Assembly (NCBI GenBank): GCA_045106895.1
Contig: JBGCFM010000058.1
Coordinates: 1 to 42,645, forward strand
DNA from: Polyangiales bacterium
Lineage (GTDB): Bacteria; Myxococcota_A; Polyangia; Polyangiales; Houyiibacteriaceae
Length of the DNA: 42,645 nucleotides
Reading direction: 5' to 3'
The notes under the pieces are model-generated. The model had not been told where the DNA came from and ran no database searches. It saw only the letters and a list, made by a program, of their open reading frames with translations. Numbering within the stretch: position 1 is the stretch's first letter; each line of letters opens with the position of its first letter. A program made the position numbers and the translations under genes. Positions 8,988-17,320 of the stretch are shown piece by piece.

Positions 8988-11900
8988 CTACGCTAAATCC
9001 TCCTCGTCGCTCTTTGGCTCGTCCGTTGGCGTCGCCGGCGGCGCGACGATCGCGACGACACCGGCCACGGCAGGCGTCGGTTCTGAAGGCCGAGGCGATC
9101 CGTCGAGGCGCTCTTTGACGATGAGACCGATGAGGCCGACGACGATGGCGCCGCTCAGCCAAAGCGCCGGCGCGCCGCTCGTGTTCAGATAGCCGAGTGT
9201 GATGAGAAGCAGAACACCCCCCACCATCGCCGCGCCGGCGAGCGGTCCCCATCGCTTGAGAGGGCTCGCTTCAGCGACGACGCCGGCCTCCGGGTCGCGG
9301 TAGGTCGCGAGCGGAATACGCGCGCCGAGTGACCCGGGGAGTCCCCAGCCAAAGCGAACCATGGCGATGGCGAGGAGACCAAACCAGACCAACAGCGCGC
9401 CCAACGCCGTGACGACGCTAGTGATGCTGCCCCACACGCCCGCCACATAGGGCACAGACGCGGCGCCGACACCGTCGCTGCCGTACATCGCCTGAAACAC
9501 GTAGCGAGTTCCGCTCGCCGGCGCTGCCAGCGCGGACCCCTCGAGGCCCGGCATATCCAGATCCGCGTAGTTGACGTAGGTTCCTTCCTCAACCAGCGCG
9601 AGGCTGCTGCTCGGCGACGCGTAGGTCACGCCTTCGGGCAGGACGAGATCCCAGAGCGTTCGTGTGACCACGATGTCCAGTTCGGGAAGCTCTGCATAGA
9701 GGCGCCCCGCGGCTCCCAGCGCTGGCACGCGCGTGGCGTACACGAGCTGAACATCGAACCCCTCGGCGGCGCTCACGATGTTGAGTAGCACAGTGGCCTC
9801 GTCGCCATCCCCCGACTCGAGCGCCGGCGTCTGCGCGTGACCGTCCACGCTGGCGGACCAAACCTCCGCACCCTCGGGGAGTGTCACCCTGAGAAACTGC
9901 TGCCTTCGATTGTGCATCACGAAACGCGCGCTTGTGACGGCGACGCCATCCCGCGTGTAGAGAGTGCTGTAGTGCGCCTCATCAACGGTGGCGTTGCGCG
10001 TCTGAATTTCCTCGTGGCGGGTGATGCGCACGCTAAAGCGCGGAGCCTCCGTCGCTTGGGCGTAACGAAATGCGTGCAAGATGGGGTTGTCCGTGCGGAG
10101 TAGAAGTGGCTCTGGGAGTTCAGAGGCGTCGATGGGGCTGAGGTGCTCTGCGCTGGCCATGTCGACCTGGAAAGGAGCCAGGGCCTCTACGCCGACGCGT
10201 CCACGCTCGACCTCGGCGCCGGCGGCGCCCAGAAGCGGAATCGAAAGCTCCTCTTCCTGACCGGTGATTCGGTCGCAGAGAAGCTCGACGGTGAAGCGGC
10301 CTTCCATCGGCTGGGTGAGCTCGATGTTCAATGTGCGTCCGTCGTCCGAAAGCACGTAGCGGCGAAGTGATGGCGCCGACACCTCGAGGAGACTGAGTCC
10401 CTCGGGCATGCGCAGCGCCAGCTCCGTGAGGGACCCGCTCTTCACGTCTACCTCGACGCGCGTCGCGATGGTCGTAGAGACATCGCCGAGGGAGACCAAG
10501 GTGTCTACCTGTGCGTCAAAGCGAGGCGCCTCGGGCTCACGTGTCGCGCCGGTGGCGGCGAGTCGCGGAGCTTCGTCCAGGTATCGAAAGGTGTGCGCGA
10601 CGGTCGCGTCGAGCTCATCGCGGATCGCCGCCGGCAGCTGATTGTCGCCGACACGGGAAAGATGCGCGGCCACCCCGGGTTCGAGCGTGAGCTCACGGAT
10701 CGCAAGGAGCGCGATCATACCTCGCTGGCGGTGTACGTTCTTCGCTCGCAGCAACGGAACGTCGAAGGCCTCCGTCGTCCGCGTCGCGACCGGCCACCCA
10801 CGCTCGTAGTGTACGTCGAGTTGCAGCGCCCCCTGCAGTTCACGGTCCAAAAACACCATGAGGGTGCGCTCGCGGCCCTCCCCTTGAACTCGCCAGTCGC
10901 TCACAACGTCGCCGGCGCGGGACTGCACCGAGTTGATTTGCACGTCGCGCGGAAGTGCGATTTCGGCGCGGCGAAGGGAGCCGCGCGAGATCTCGTAGTT
11001 CACGAAGGCGCGCAGTCCAAGAACGCCCTCCTCGGGTCGAACCACATGCACGATATTTGCGTGGGCGCGGGTTTCCACCTCGACGGCCTCTAGGGGCACC
11101 GCCTCCGCCCACTCGATGCGAACATGTCGCGTCATCGGCACGTTGAATGCGGCGAGAGTCCTCTCCCCCCGTCGCGTGGAACGGACTCCTGCCTCAGGCA
11201 CGACCTGCACATCCCGGTCCCCTGGGAGTCCGAGCTCAAAGCGAGAGACAGGCGTCGCCGCGATGTCCAGCTCCACGCGCGGGAGCCCGTCTTCACGCTG
11301 CACCGCGACCAAGAAGGACGCGCTAATTCGATGCCGACCACGACCGCGAATCGGCACCGCAAACTGACCGTCCTGCACCGCGATGGCAGCCTCCGCGCGA
11401 TCCACGGATACCGACTCGAGGGCCACGTTCGACGGGAAAAGCGGCACCATCGCCCGGCTACCGTCCAGCTCCGCGCTCAGCTCCGCGGTGAAACGCATCG
11501 CGTCGCCAACGAGCTCCCCACGGTAACGCGCGCGGCTAAGGGTGAACCCACTGCTCGCGTCGCCGCGCCAGCTGATCTGCACGCCGGCGCCCGCCGGGAT
11601 AGCTCCGCGCACACGTGTATGGCCCCCGCCTGTCTCGACGTTGACGTCGGCCGCCGGAACGACCACGGGCGAGACCTCCATGCCCACAAAGGTCGCGTCG
11701 AGCTGCGCGCCGGCGCCGGGGCTTGCGAGGGCGACCACCCAGCCGGTGTCGTATCGCGCGGCGCGGACGGGGTATGTCCAGCTCAGCGCGTGTGTGCCGG
11801 CCCCCTCCGCGGGCCACGCAACGGAGCCGCTTCGCTCCACGAGAGCCGCGGCGCTGCCTCCGGCTGTGGCAGATTCGATGGCGCCGGTGGCCCGAAGGGG

Positions 11901-12158
11901 GACCAAGGTCCAACCATCGGAGAAGGTCCGCACGTTCGCGTTTACCGTCACGAGCGCACGGTTTCCGCCCGCGCTCTCTTCGATGCGGACAGACAAACGT
12001 ACGTTTGAAAACGCGTAGCTGGGTTCCGAGGACGACGGCGATTGCTGCCCCAAAAGCTCCTGATAGGCCTCGAGGGGCAACTCGACGCTCCCCGTTTCCT
12101 GCGCGAAGGCGGGCGAGGTGAATGCAGCAAAGATCAACAGGGAGAGTACTCGTTTCAT
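8988..12158 (-). CDS. Large exported/membrane-anchored protein (1056 aa) with internally repeated beta-rich domains and C-terminal TM helices
   Basis: AAGGA RBS before ATG 12158; signal peptide MKRVLSLLIFAAFTSPAFA-Q; ~173-aa internal duplication; about 3 hydrophobic helices at C-terminus. Confidence 0.85.
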   Translation of the reverse strand: MKRVLSLLIFAAFTSPAFAQETGSVELPLEAYQELLGQQSPSSSEPSYAFSNVRLSVRIEESAGGNRALVTVNANVRTFSDGWTLVPLRATGAIESATAGGSAAALVERSGSVAWPAEGAGTHALSWTYPVRAARYDTGWVVALASPGAGAQLDATFVGMEVSPVVVPAADVNVETGGGHTRVRGAIPAGAGVQISWRGDASSGFTLSRARYRGELVGDAMRFTAELSAELDGSRAMVPLFPSNVALESVSVDRAEAAIAVQDGQFAVPIRGRGRHRISASFLVAVQREDGLPRVELDIAATPVSRFELGLPGDRDVQVVPEAGVRSTRRGERTLAAFNVPMTRHVRIEWAEAVPLEAVEVETRAHANIVHVVRPEEGVLGLRAFVNYEISRGSLRRAEIALPRDVQINSVQSRAGDVVSDWRVQGEGRERTLMVFLDRELQGALQLDVHYERGWPVATRTTEAFDVPLLRAKNVHRQRGMIALLAIRELTLEPGVAAHLSRVGDNQLPAAIRDELDATVAHTFRYLDEAPRLAATGATREPEAPRFDAQVDTLVSLGDVSTTIATRVEVDVKSGSLTELALRMPEGLSLLEVSAPSLRRYVLSDDGRTLNIELTQPMEGRFTVELLCDRITGQEEELSIPLLGAAGAEVERGRVGVEALAPFQVDMASAEHLSPIDASELPEPLLLRTDNPILHAFRYAQATEAPRFSVRITRHEEIQTRNATVDEAHYSTLYTRDGVAVTSARFVMHNRRQQFLRVTLPEGAEVWSASVDGHAQTPALESGDGDEATVLLNIVSAAEGFDVQLVYATRVPALGAAGRLYAELPELDIVVTRTLWDLVLPEGVTYASPSSSLALVEEGTYVNYADLDMPGLEGSALAAPASGTRYVFQAMYGSDGVGAASVPYVAGVWGSITSVVTALGALLVWFGLLAIAMVRFGWGLPGSLGARIPLATYRDPEAGVVAEASPLKRWGPLAGAAMVGGVLLLITLGYLNTSGAPALWLSGAIVVGLIGLIVKERLDGSPRPSEPTPAVAGVVAIVAPPATPTDEPKSDEEDLA

Positions 12159-12260
12159 CGTTCCTTCTTTCGGGCGCAAGAATCCGTTTGAAGCGCCCTC
12201 CAAAGAGGAAGCTCCTGCGACACTCGGCGTGCTCGCCCCCACGAGGAGGCGCTCAGCGGA

Positions 12261-14828
12261 CTAGCGGGGAGAGCCCTCCCCGGCGGAGAGCGGGTCTCCA
12301 AAAACCAGACGTCTGCTCGCGATACGAAGCGAATCCGCCATCACCCCGGGAGCGGCGCCTGCGTTGAGCGCGCTCTCGAAGCGTTGACAGAGTTCGCTCT
12401 GCTGTCCCAGGCGACGATCGCTGGCGAGGGCACCGACAGATGCCCGCGCGCTCTCTAGGCGCTCGCGTGCGCGGCGTAGCTCCACCAGCGCAGCAGGCCG
12501 CGAAGAAGAGAGCTGCGCCGCGGCGCGACGTAGCGAGACGGAGAGCTCGTAGGCGAGCCAGCTACGCAGCACATCACGTTGGCGGGGCCCACGCTCTGCG
12601 CGGCCGCGCGGGAGGACAAGGCGCTCGTTGCTCTCGCCGTTGTCCAAGCGAAGGAGGTCCTTGTAGCGAACGCTCACGTCGGCGACGGCGCCGGGTCCCT
12701 CGACGACGAGGTCGAGGAGAATGGTGTGAGTGTCGTCCGCGTAGAATGCGGGGATGACGATCTGAATGCCGTCATCGTCACGTTCCCGGTCCCTGGCGAT
12801 GCCCAAGCGCGTCGCGAGCTGCTGATCGACGGCGCGTTCGGCGGCGGCGCTGCGCTGCGCCTCTAGCTCCGAGAGCGAGCGTGATCCAAGCACGTTGACG
12901 AGGCGGGTGCCCTGCGCCAGCCGCACGTTCACGCGGAGGGCCCGGGCCACAACGCGGCTCACCGCCTGGATCTCCTGGCGCACGATCTGCTGGGGCGCAT
13001 GGTCGATGACCCAGCGGCGACCGTGCCCAGCCAAGGCGACGGTCTCCAGAGGTTCCGCATCCGTGTCGGACGAGAGGCCAATGGTCGTCGTCGTGACCCC
13101 GGCGAGGGCGCCGGTGTGCGCGACGCGCTCGAGCGAGCGGGCCTCCGCCGCGTCGAGTCCCGGCGTCACCAACCAGACGAGGCCGCTGCCGAGGGGCGAA
13201 TCCGCGCCGGTGAGTTCGCTTACGGCTTGAATCGCGGATGCGAGAGCGGCGTCCAGAGTAAGAGGCTCCCCCCCCTCGGCGGAGAACGCGCGCCGCAAAG
13301 CGACGGTGACCTCGCCCAAACGCAACGGTCCTGGCTCGACGAGCATGCCACCGTGTGGGCCGGCGACGACGATTCCAATCCGGTCTGAGCTGGTGCGTGC
13401 GCGACTGATCGAAGCGAGCAAGTTCCGGACATGGGCGCGGCCGCTCTCCGCGAGCGAGTTCCGGAGGTCTAGCACCACAACCGAACGCAACGTGGGCCGA
13501 CGGCCGCGTACGGCGGCGCCGCGAAGGCCGACCTGCATGAGCACGCGAGTCTGACCCTCTACCTGCGCGCGATCCGATTGCACGGAGAGCGCGAGGGCGG
13601 ACTGGCTTGGAGCCGCAATGCGGGGAGCGTTTTGCTGGGCTTGCTGCGCCAGCGCATACCCCGACACGTCAACGCCAGCCAGCACGCCGCTCCCTGTTCG
13701 CCGAAGCCGGCGCGCGAGGAGCCGCCAGCGTGGGTCACCGGGCACGTAGGTATTCGACCAGCGGCCCGTGGGCGGGCGGAAGGAGAGCTCGGTGACATGG
13801 TCACGCCCGAGTCCGTTCAGAACTTGGCTTAGCTCCTCGGACCCCTCGCCGTTGCGCGCCCACAGCGACTCGTCGTCCCCGCGGTGGTCTTGCGCGCGTC
13901 GGTCTTCCCCGTCCCCGTTGGCCGAATCACTGGCTGATTCGATGTCAGCGATGCTGATATCGCGGTCGAACCTCCCCTCCTCCCTTCGCTCCTCCGCCTG
14001 CGAAAGGCTGCGGGTCGCGACGGAGGTCGGCGGCACAACACGGTCACTGGCGGGTTGGAGTCGAGCGTCGGCGGAAGCCGTCACGGTCTCGGTGGCAACC
14101 ATCGGCGGCACCACGCCCGTGTTCTGCTGGAACCCGCTCTGTCTCTCCCAGTACAAGTCCCCCTCCGAATCGCCATCGGCGCCGGACGCCGCCGCGACGC
14201 CCGTCTCGAACGGAGAGGCGGCGGTTCCGCTAGGGTCTTCCGGCGGCACGAAATCCGCGCCACCCACGTAGCCGTCCACCCGACCGCTCCACTCGTCGAG
14301 TTCGAGCCCTTCCGCATCGTCGAGCTCATTCGAGCGCCGGTTCCCCATCTGACCATCCTGGTCAGCGAGAGGTTCCCTCGGCGTCATGACGGGCCGATTG
14401 AGCGCCATCGGCTCCACATTGGCGCCCATCCCGTGGAAGACCACGACACTGAACGAGCCCATCACCAGCAACACGGACAAGACCGGCAACGCGATGGCGA
14501 GGCGCCGGCCACGTAGCTGACTCATCGCTGCGAACGGCATCCAGAGCAGCTTGCCCAACGCCATCCAGCCCTGAACGAGCTGGCCGGCCAACGTGGCGAA
14601 CACGCGCGGCTGGGGTTGCGAATCCAAGCTCTGGACCCGTTCGATGGTGCGAGTGACGAGCGCTTCTGGAACCACCATGGGCTCGAGCGATTCGAACTCG
14701 AGCGCAACACCTCCCAAGGCCTCGGAGAGCGCACGGCAGGAATCACACGACTCAACATGGATCACGCTCTCGGCGTCCAGCGGCGCGGCGTCGAGCAGAA
14801 GCTCGCGAATGGGATCGCAGTCGCTCAT
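12261..14828 (-). CDS. Putative zinc-binding anti-sigma factor fused to TM segment, acidic linker and degenerate vWA domain
   Basis: N-terminal HVESCDSC (HxxxCxxC, ZAS/zf-HC2) plus Cys4; TM LAIALPVLSVLLVMGSFSVVVF; vWA-like strands VVVLDLRNS, IGIVVAG, VWLVTPG, TTTIGL; ATGA overlap with sigma gene. Confidence 0.8.
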   Translation of the reverse strand: MSDCDPIRELLLDAAPLDAESVIHVESCDSCRALSEALGGVALEFESLEPMVVPEALVTRTIERVQSLDSQPQPRVFATLAGQLVQGWMALGKLLWMPFAAMSQLRGRRLAIALPVLSVLLVMGSFSVVVFHGMGANVEPMALNRPVMTPREPLADQDGQMGNRRSNELDDAEGLELDEWSGRVDGYVGGADFVPPEDPSGTAASPFETGVAAASGADGDSEGDLYWERQSGFQQNTGVVPPMVATETVTASADARLQPASDRVVPPTSVATRSLSQAEERREEGRFDRDISIADIESASDSANGDGEDRRAQDHRGDDESLWARNGEGSEELSQVLNGLGRDHVTELSFRPPTGRWSNTYVPGDPRWRLLARRLRRTGSGVLAGVDVSGYALAQQAQQNAPRIAAPSQSALALSVQSDRAQVEGQTRVLMQVGLRGAAVRGRRPTLRSVVVLDLRNSLAESGRAHVRNLLASISRARTSSDRIGIVVAGPHGGMLVEPGPLRLGEVTVALRRAFSAEGGEPLTLDAALASAIQAVSELTGADSPLGSGLVWLVTPGLDAAEARSLERVAHTGALAGVTTTTIGLSSDTDAEPLETVALAGHGRRWVIDHAPQQIVRQEIQAVSRVVARALRVNVRLAQGTRLVNVLGSRSLSELEAQRSAAAERAVDQQLATRLGIARDRERDDDGIQIVIPAFYADDTHTILLDLVVEGPGAVADVSVRYKDLLRLDNGESNERLVLPRGRAERGPRQRDVLRSWLAYELSVSLRRAAAQLSSSRPAALVELRRARERLESARASVGALASDRRLGQQSELCQRFESALNAGAAPGVMADSLRIASRRLVFGDPLSAGEGSPR

Positions 14829-15466
14829 TGTGCCAACTTCCTTTCTTCGGTCTTCGCTCGGCGCATCATGGACTCCGCCAACGACAAACGGGCGCGACGG
14901 ACACGTGTTTTGACCGTGTCCGGAGGCTCCCCGAGTGTCGCCGCGGCGCCTTGAACACCGAGTCCTGCCACGGAGGAGAGGAGGAGCGCTTCCCGTTGCG
15001 GCAGTGGCAACTTCTGAAGCTCTACTTCAAGAAACGTCGCCGTCTGTTTGGCCTCGAGGGCACGCTCAGCGCCGGCATCTTCGGACTCTTCCACGCCGGA
15101 GGTGGCGTCGAGTTTGACGATGGAGCGAACCTTTCGCCTTCGAAAATGATCGCGGACCGTATTGACAGCGATGCGGTAGACCCAGGGCCGTACCGGCCCG
15201 GCGGGCATGTTCTTCTTCGAAGCCTGGTGGACCTTGCAGAATACCTCCTGAAAGAGGTCGTCGCGGTCGTTGAGGGGCACGCCAGTGCGCGAAAGATACC
15301 CATAGACGCCGCTGGTATAGCTCTTCATGAACGCGCCGAAGGCGGACCGGTCCCCGCGGTGATGCCTTTCCAGCAGGGCGCGGTCGTCGTCGCTCGCGAT
15401 GGGGATGACCTCCGCAGGTTCTCCTTCCCTCGGTGGCTCCGCTTCCATGGTGGGTAGTGGTGACAT
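14825..15466 (-). CDS. ECF (group IV) sigma-70 factor
   Basis: GDRSAF, DDLFQEVF, WVYRIAVNTVRDHFRR (region 2); LPLPQREAL...TVKTRVRRAR (region 4); start ATG 15466 or 15448. Confidence 0.92.
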   Translation of the reverse strand: MSPLPTMEAEPPREGEPAEVIPIASDDDRALLERHHRGDRSAFGAFMKSYTSGVYGYLSRTGVPLNDRDDLFQEVFCKVHQASKKNMPAGPVRPWVYRIAVNTVRDHFRRRKVRSIVKLDATSGVEESEDAGAERALEAKQTATFLEVELQKLPLPQREALLLSSVAGLGVQGAAATLGEPPDTVKTRVRRARLSLAESMMRRAKTEERKLAQ

Positions 15467-15481
15467 TGGGTTCTGTGAAGG

Positions 15482-15516
15482 AGAACGCGCCAGCGCCGCT
15501 GAAGGGTTCAAAAAAG
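15482..15516 (-). promoter_or_regulatory. Possible ECF-type autoregulatory promoter
   Basis: Minus strand T-tract then GAACC-N17-CGTTCT just upstream of the sigma ATG; spacer slightly long versus typical AAC/CGT promoters. Confidence 0.3.
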
Positions 15517-15574
15517 ATGTGCGGCCCACGAATTCTGCGACGTGCCACCTCGAAACGCGCGCGAGACGGACACG

Positions 15575-17320
15575 CTAAGGCGCGCGACGGGAGATGCGCG
15601 CCACGCCGCCGGCGGGGACGTCGACCTCAACGCTGACCGCCGGTGGCTGTCCGCCGAAACGTAGCTGCAGGCGGTGGTGTCCGGGGGGCATCTCTCGGTT
15701 CAACGGCGTGGCCCCCAAAAAGCGTCCCGAAGCTCCGTACACGTTGGCCCACCCTCCAGGAACCACGACGGTGAGTCGCCCTGGCGCCGCCTCCATCGTC
15801 ACCATGGGGACGACCGGCGTTTCGTCGGGTGGCTCCGGCACGGCCGTCGCAGCCACGTTCTCCATCGTCGACTGCATCGTGGACATCGTCGAGCGGCGCA
15901 TCGTCGACATGCTCGTTCGCGCCATGCTCGTATCCATCGACGAGGGTGGTTCCGCCGCTTCTTCTGGTTCTACCGCGGCTGGTTCGTTCACCGGCTCGTC
16001 CGGTTGAGCCTCGGGCTCCTCGGGAAGAGCCTCGGGGACCGCGAGCACCGGCTCCGGCGCCGGGGGCGGAGCCGATTCCACTTCCGCGGCGGGCTCGCTT
16101 GCTGTGGCGAGCTCGTTCGCGGGTTCGGGGTCCGTCACGAGGCCAACGACGACCCCCATGCTCACCGCGAACGCCACCAGCAAAGGAATCAGCCAACGCG
16201 GGCGCTTGCGTTCAAGGGGCACCACCGCGGACGAAGAAGTAGCGTCGATGGTCGTCGGTACCGTCGCGTAGGAAAGTGAGGAGAACGACGGGCTGGTGCC
16301 TCCAAGTCCCGCTTGAGCGACACGCTCGTTTCCTTGACGCGCGAGGGAGACGAGCTGCTTCTGTTTTGCCTCTTCGCCCGGAAAAAGCTCACGAAGGAGG
16401 TCGCCGACTTCCGCCGCCGTCACCATCGCTTCGTCGGTCCCGGTCCACGAGTTGGCGAGCGCCGTCGCGAAGGTACGGGCGTCCTTCGTGCGCTTCTCCG
16501 GATCCCGGTCGAGGGCATCGGAAACGGCTTGGGCCATCTGTTTTGGAACCTCCGAGCGGTAGCTACGAGGGTCGGCGACGGAGTCTTGCATCACGGCGTA
16601 GACCGTCTCGCCCGGGGACGGTCGTCGAAAGAGTCTTCGGAGCGTGAGCGACTCCCACAGGACCACGCCCAGCGCCCACACGTCAGAGCGCCGATCGACT
16701 TGACCGTGTTGCACCTGCTCCGGCGCCATGTAGGCGACCTTGCCCTTGGCCTGCCCCGTGCTCGTTTGGTGGAGTTTGCCCGCCGCCTTCGCGACGCCGA
16801 AGTCGATGACACGAAGCTGGCCGTCGAACCCGACGAAGAGGTTGTGTGGCGAAACGTCGCGGTGAACGACGCCGAGCAACGAGCCGTCTGGAGCCGTCAG
16901 CTCGTGCGCGGCGTGAAGCCCCTCCGCCGCGTCTCTCACGAGCTTGGAGACGATGGGGACCCAGCGACTTGGAACCTCATCTCGCTCTCGCGCCATCTTT
17001 GCGATGAGGCGGTTCAAAGGCACGCCGGTCAGGTATTCCATGACGAGGAAATACGCCCCGTCCACCTGCCCAAAGTCCGTGACGCTGCAAACGTTCGTAT
17101 GATGGATCTGCGAGGCGAGGCGAGCCTCGTCCAAGAACATCTGGACGTACTCTTCGTCCTTCGCGAGGTGAGGATGGATGCGCTTGACGGCGACCACCTT
17201 GTCGACGCCCGCGGCGCCTTCAAGGCACGCAAGGTAGACCGTGGCCATCCCGCCGCTGGCTAGTTCGAACGCGAGGCGATACCGGCCCAGCGTGATGTCG
17301 ACGCCGGTTGGTTCAGTCAT
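15575..17320 (-). CDS. Hanks-type Ser/Thr protein kinase with TM helix, P/E- and Met-rich linker and C-terminal PEGA-like domain
   Basis: LASGGMATVY, VAVK, HRDVSPHN, DFGVAK, GKVAYMAPE, DVWALG; TM WLIPLLVAFAVSMGVVVGLV; GATPL...PGHHRL. Confidence 0.95.
   Translation of the reverse strand: MTEPTGVDITLGRYRLAFELASGGMATVYLACLEGAAGVDKVVAVKRIHPHLAKDEEYVQMFLDEARLASQIHHTNVCSVTDFGQVDGAYFLVMEYLTGVPLNRLIAKMARERDEVPSRWVPIVSKLVRDAAEGLHAAHELTAPDGSLLGVVHRDVSPHNLFVGFDGQLRVIDFGVAKAAGKLHQTSTGQAKGKVAYMAPEQVQHGQVDRRSDVWALGVVLWESLTLRRLFRRPSPGETVYAVMQDSVADPRSYRSEVPKQMAQAVSDALDRDPEKRTKDARTFATALANSWTGTDEAMVTAAEVGDLLRELFPGEEAKQKQLVSLARQGNERVAQAGLGGTSPSFSSLSYATVPTTIDATSSSAVVPLERKRPRWLIPLLVAFAVSMGVVVGLVTDPEPANELATASEPAAEVESAPPPAPEPVLAVPEALPEEPEAQPDEPVNEPAAVEPEEAAEPPSSMDTSMARTSMSTMRRSTMSTMQSTMENVAATAVPEPPDETPVVPMVTMEAAPGRLTVVVPGGWANVYGASGRFLGATPLNREMPPGHHRLQLRFGGQPPAVSVEVDVPAGGVARISRRAP

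Noticed and set aside
14825..17320. Idea that the ECF sigma is activated by phosphorylation by the adjacent kinase (EcfK/EcfP type)
   Set aside because: The sigma retains acidic residues in region 2.2 (DRDDLFQE) and has its own anti-sigma gene, so phospho-activation is not indicated
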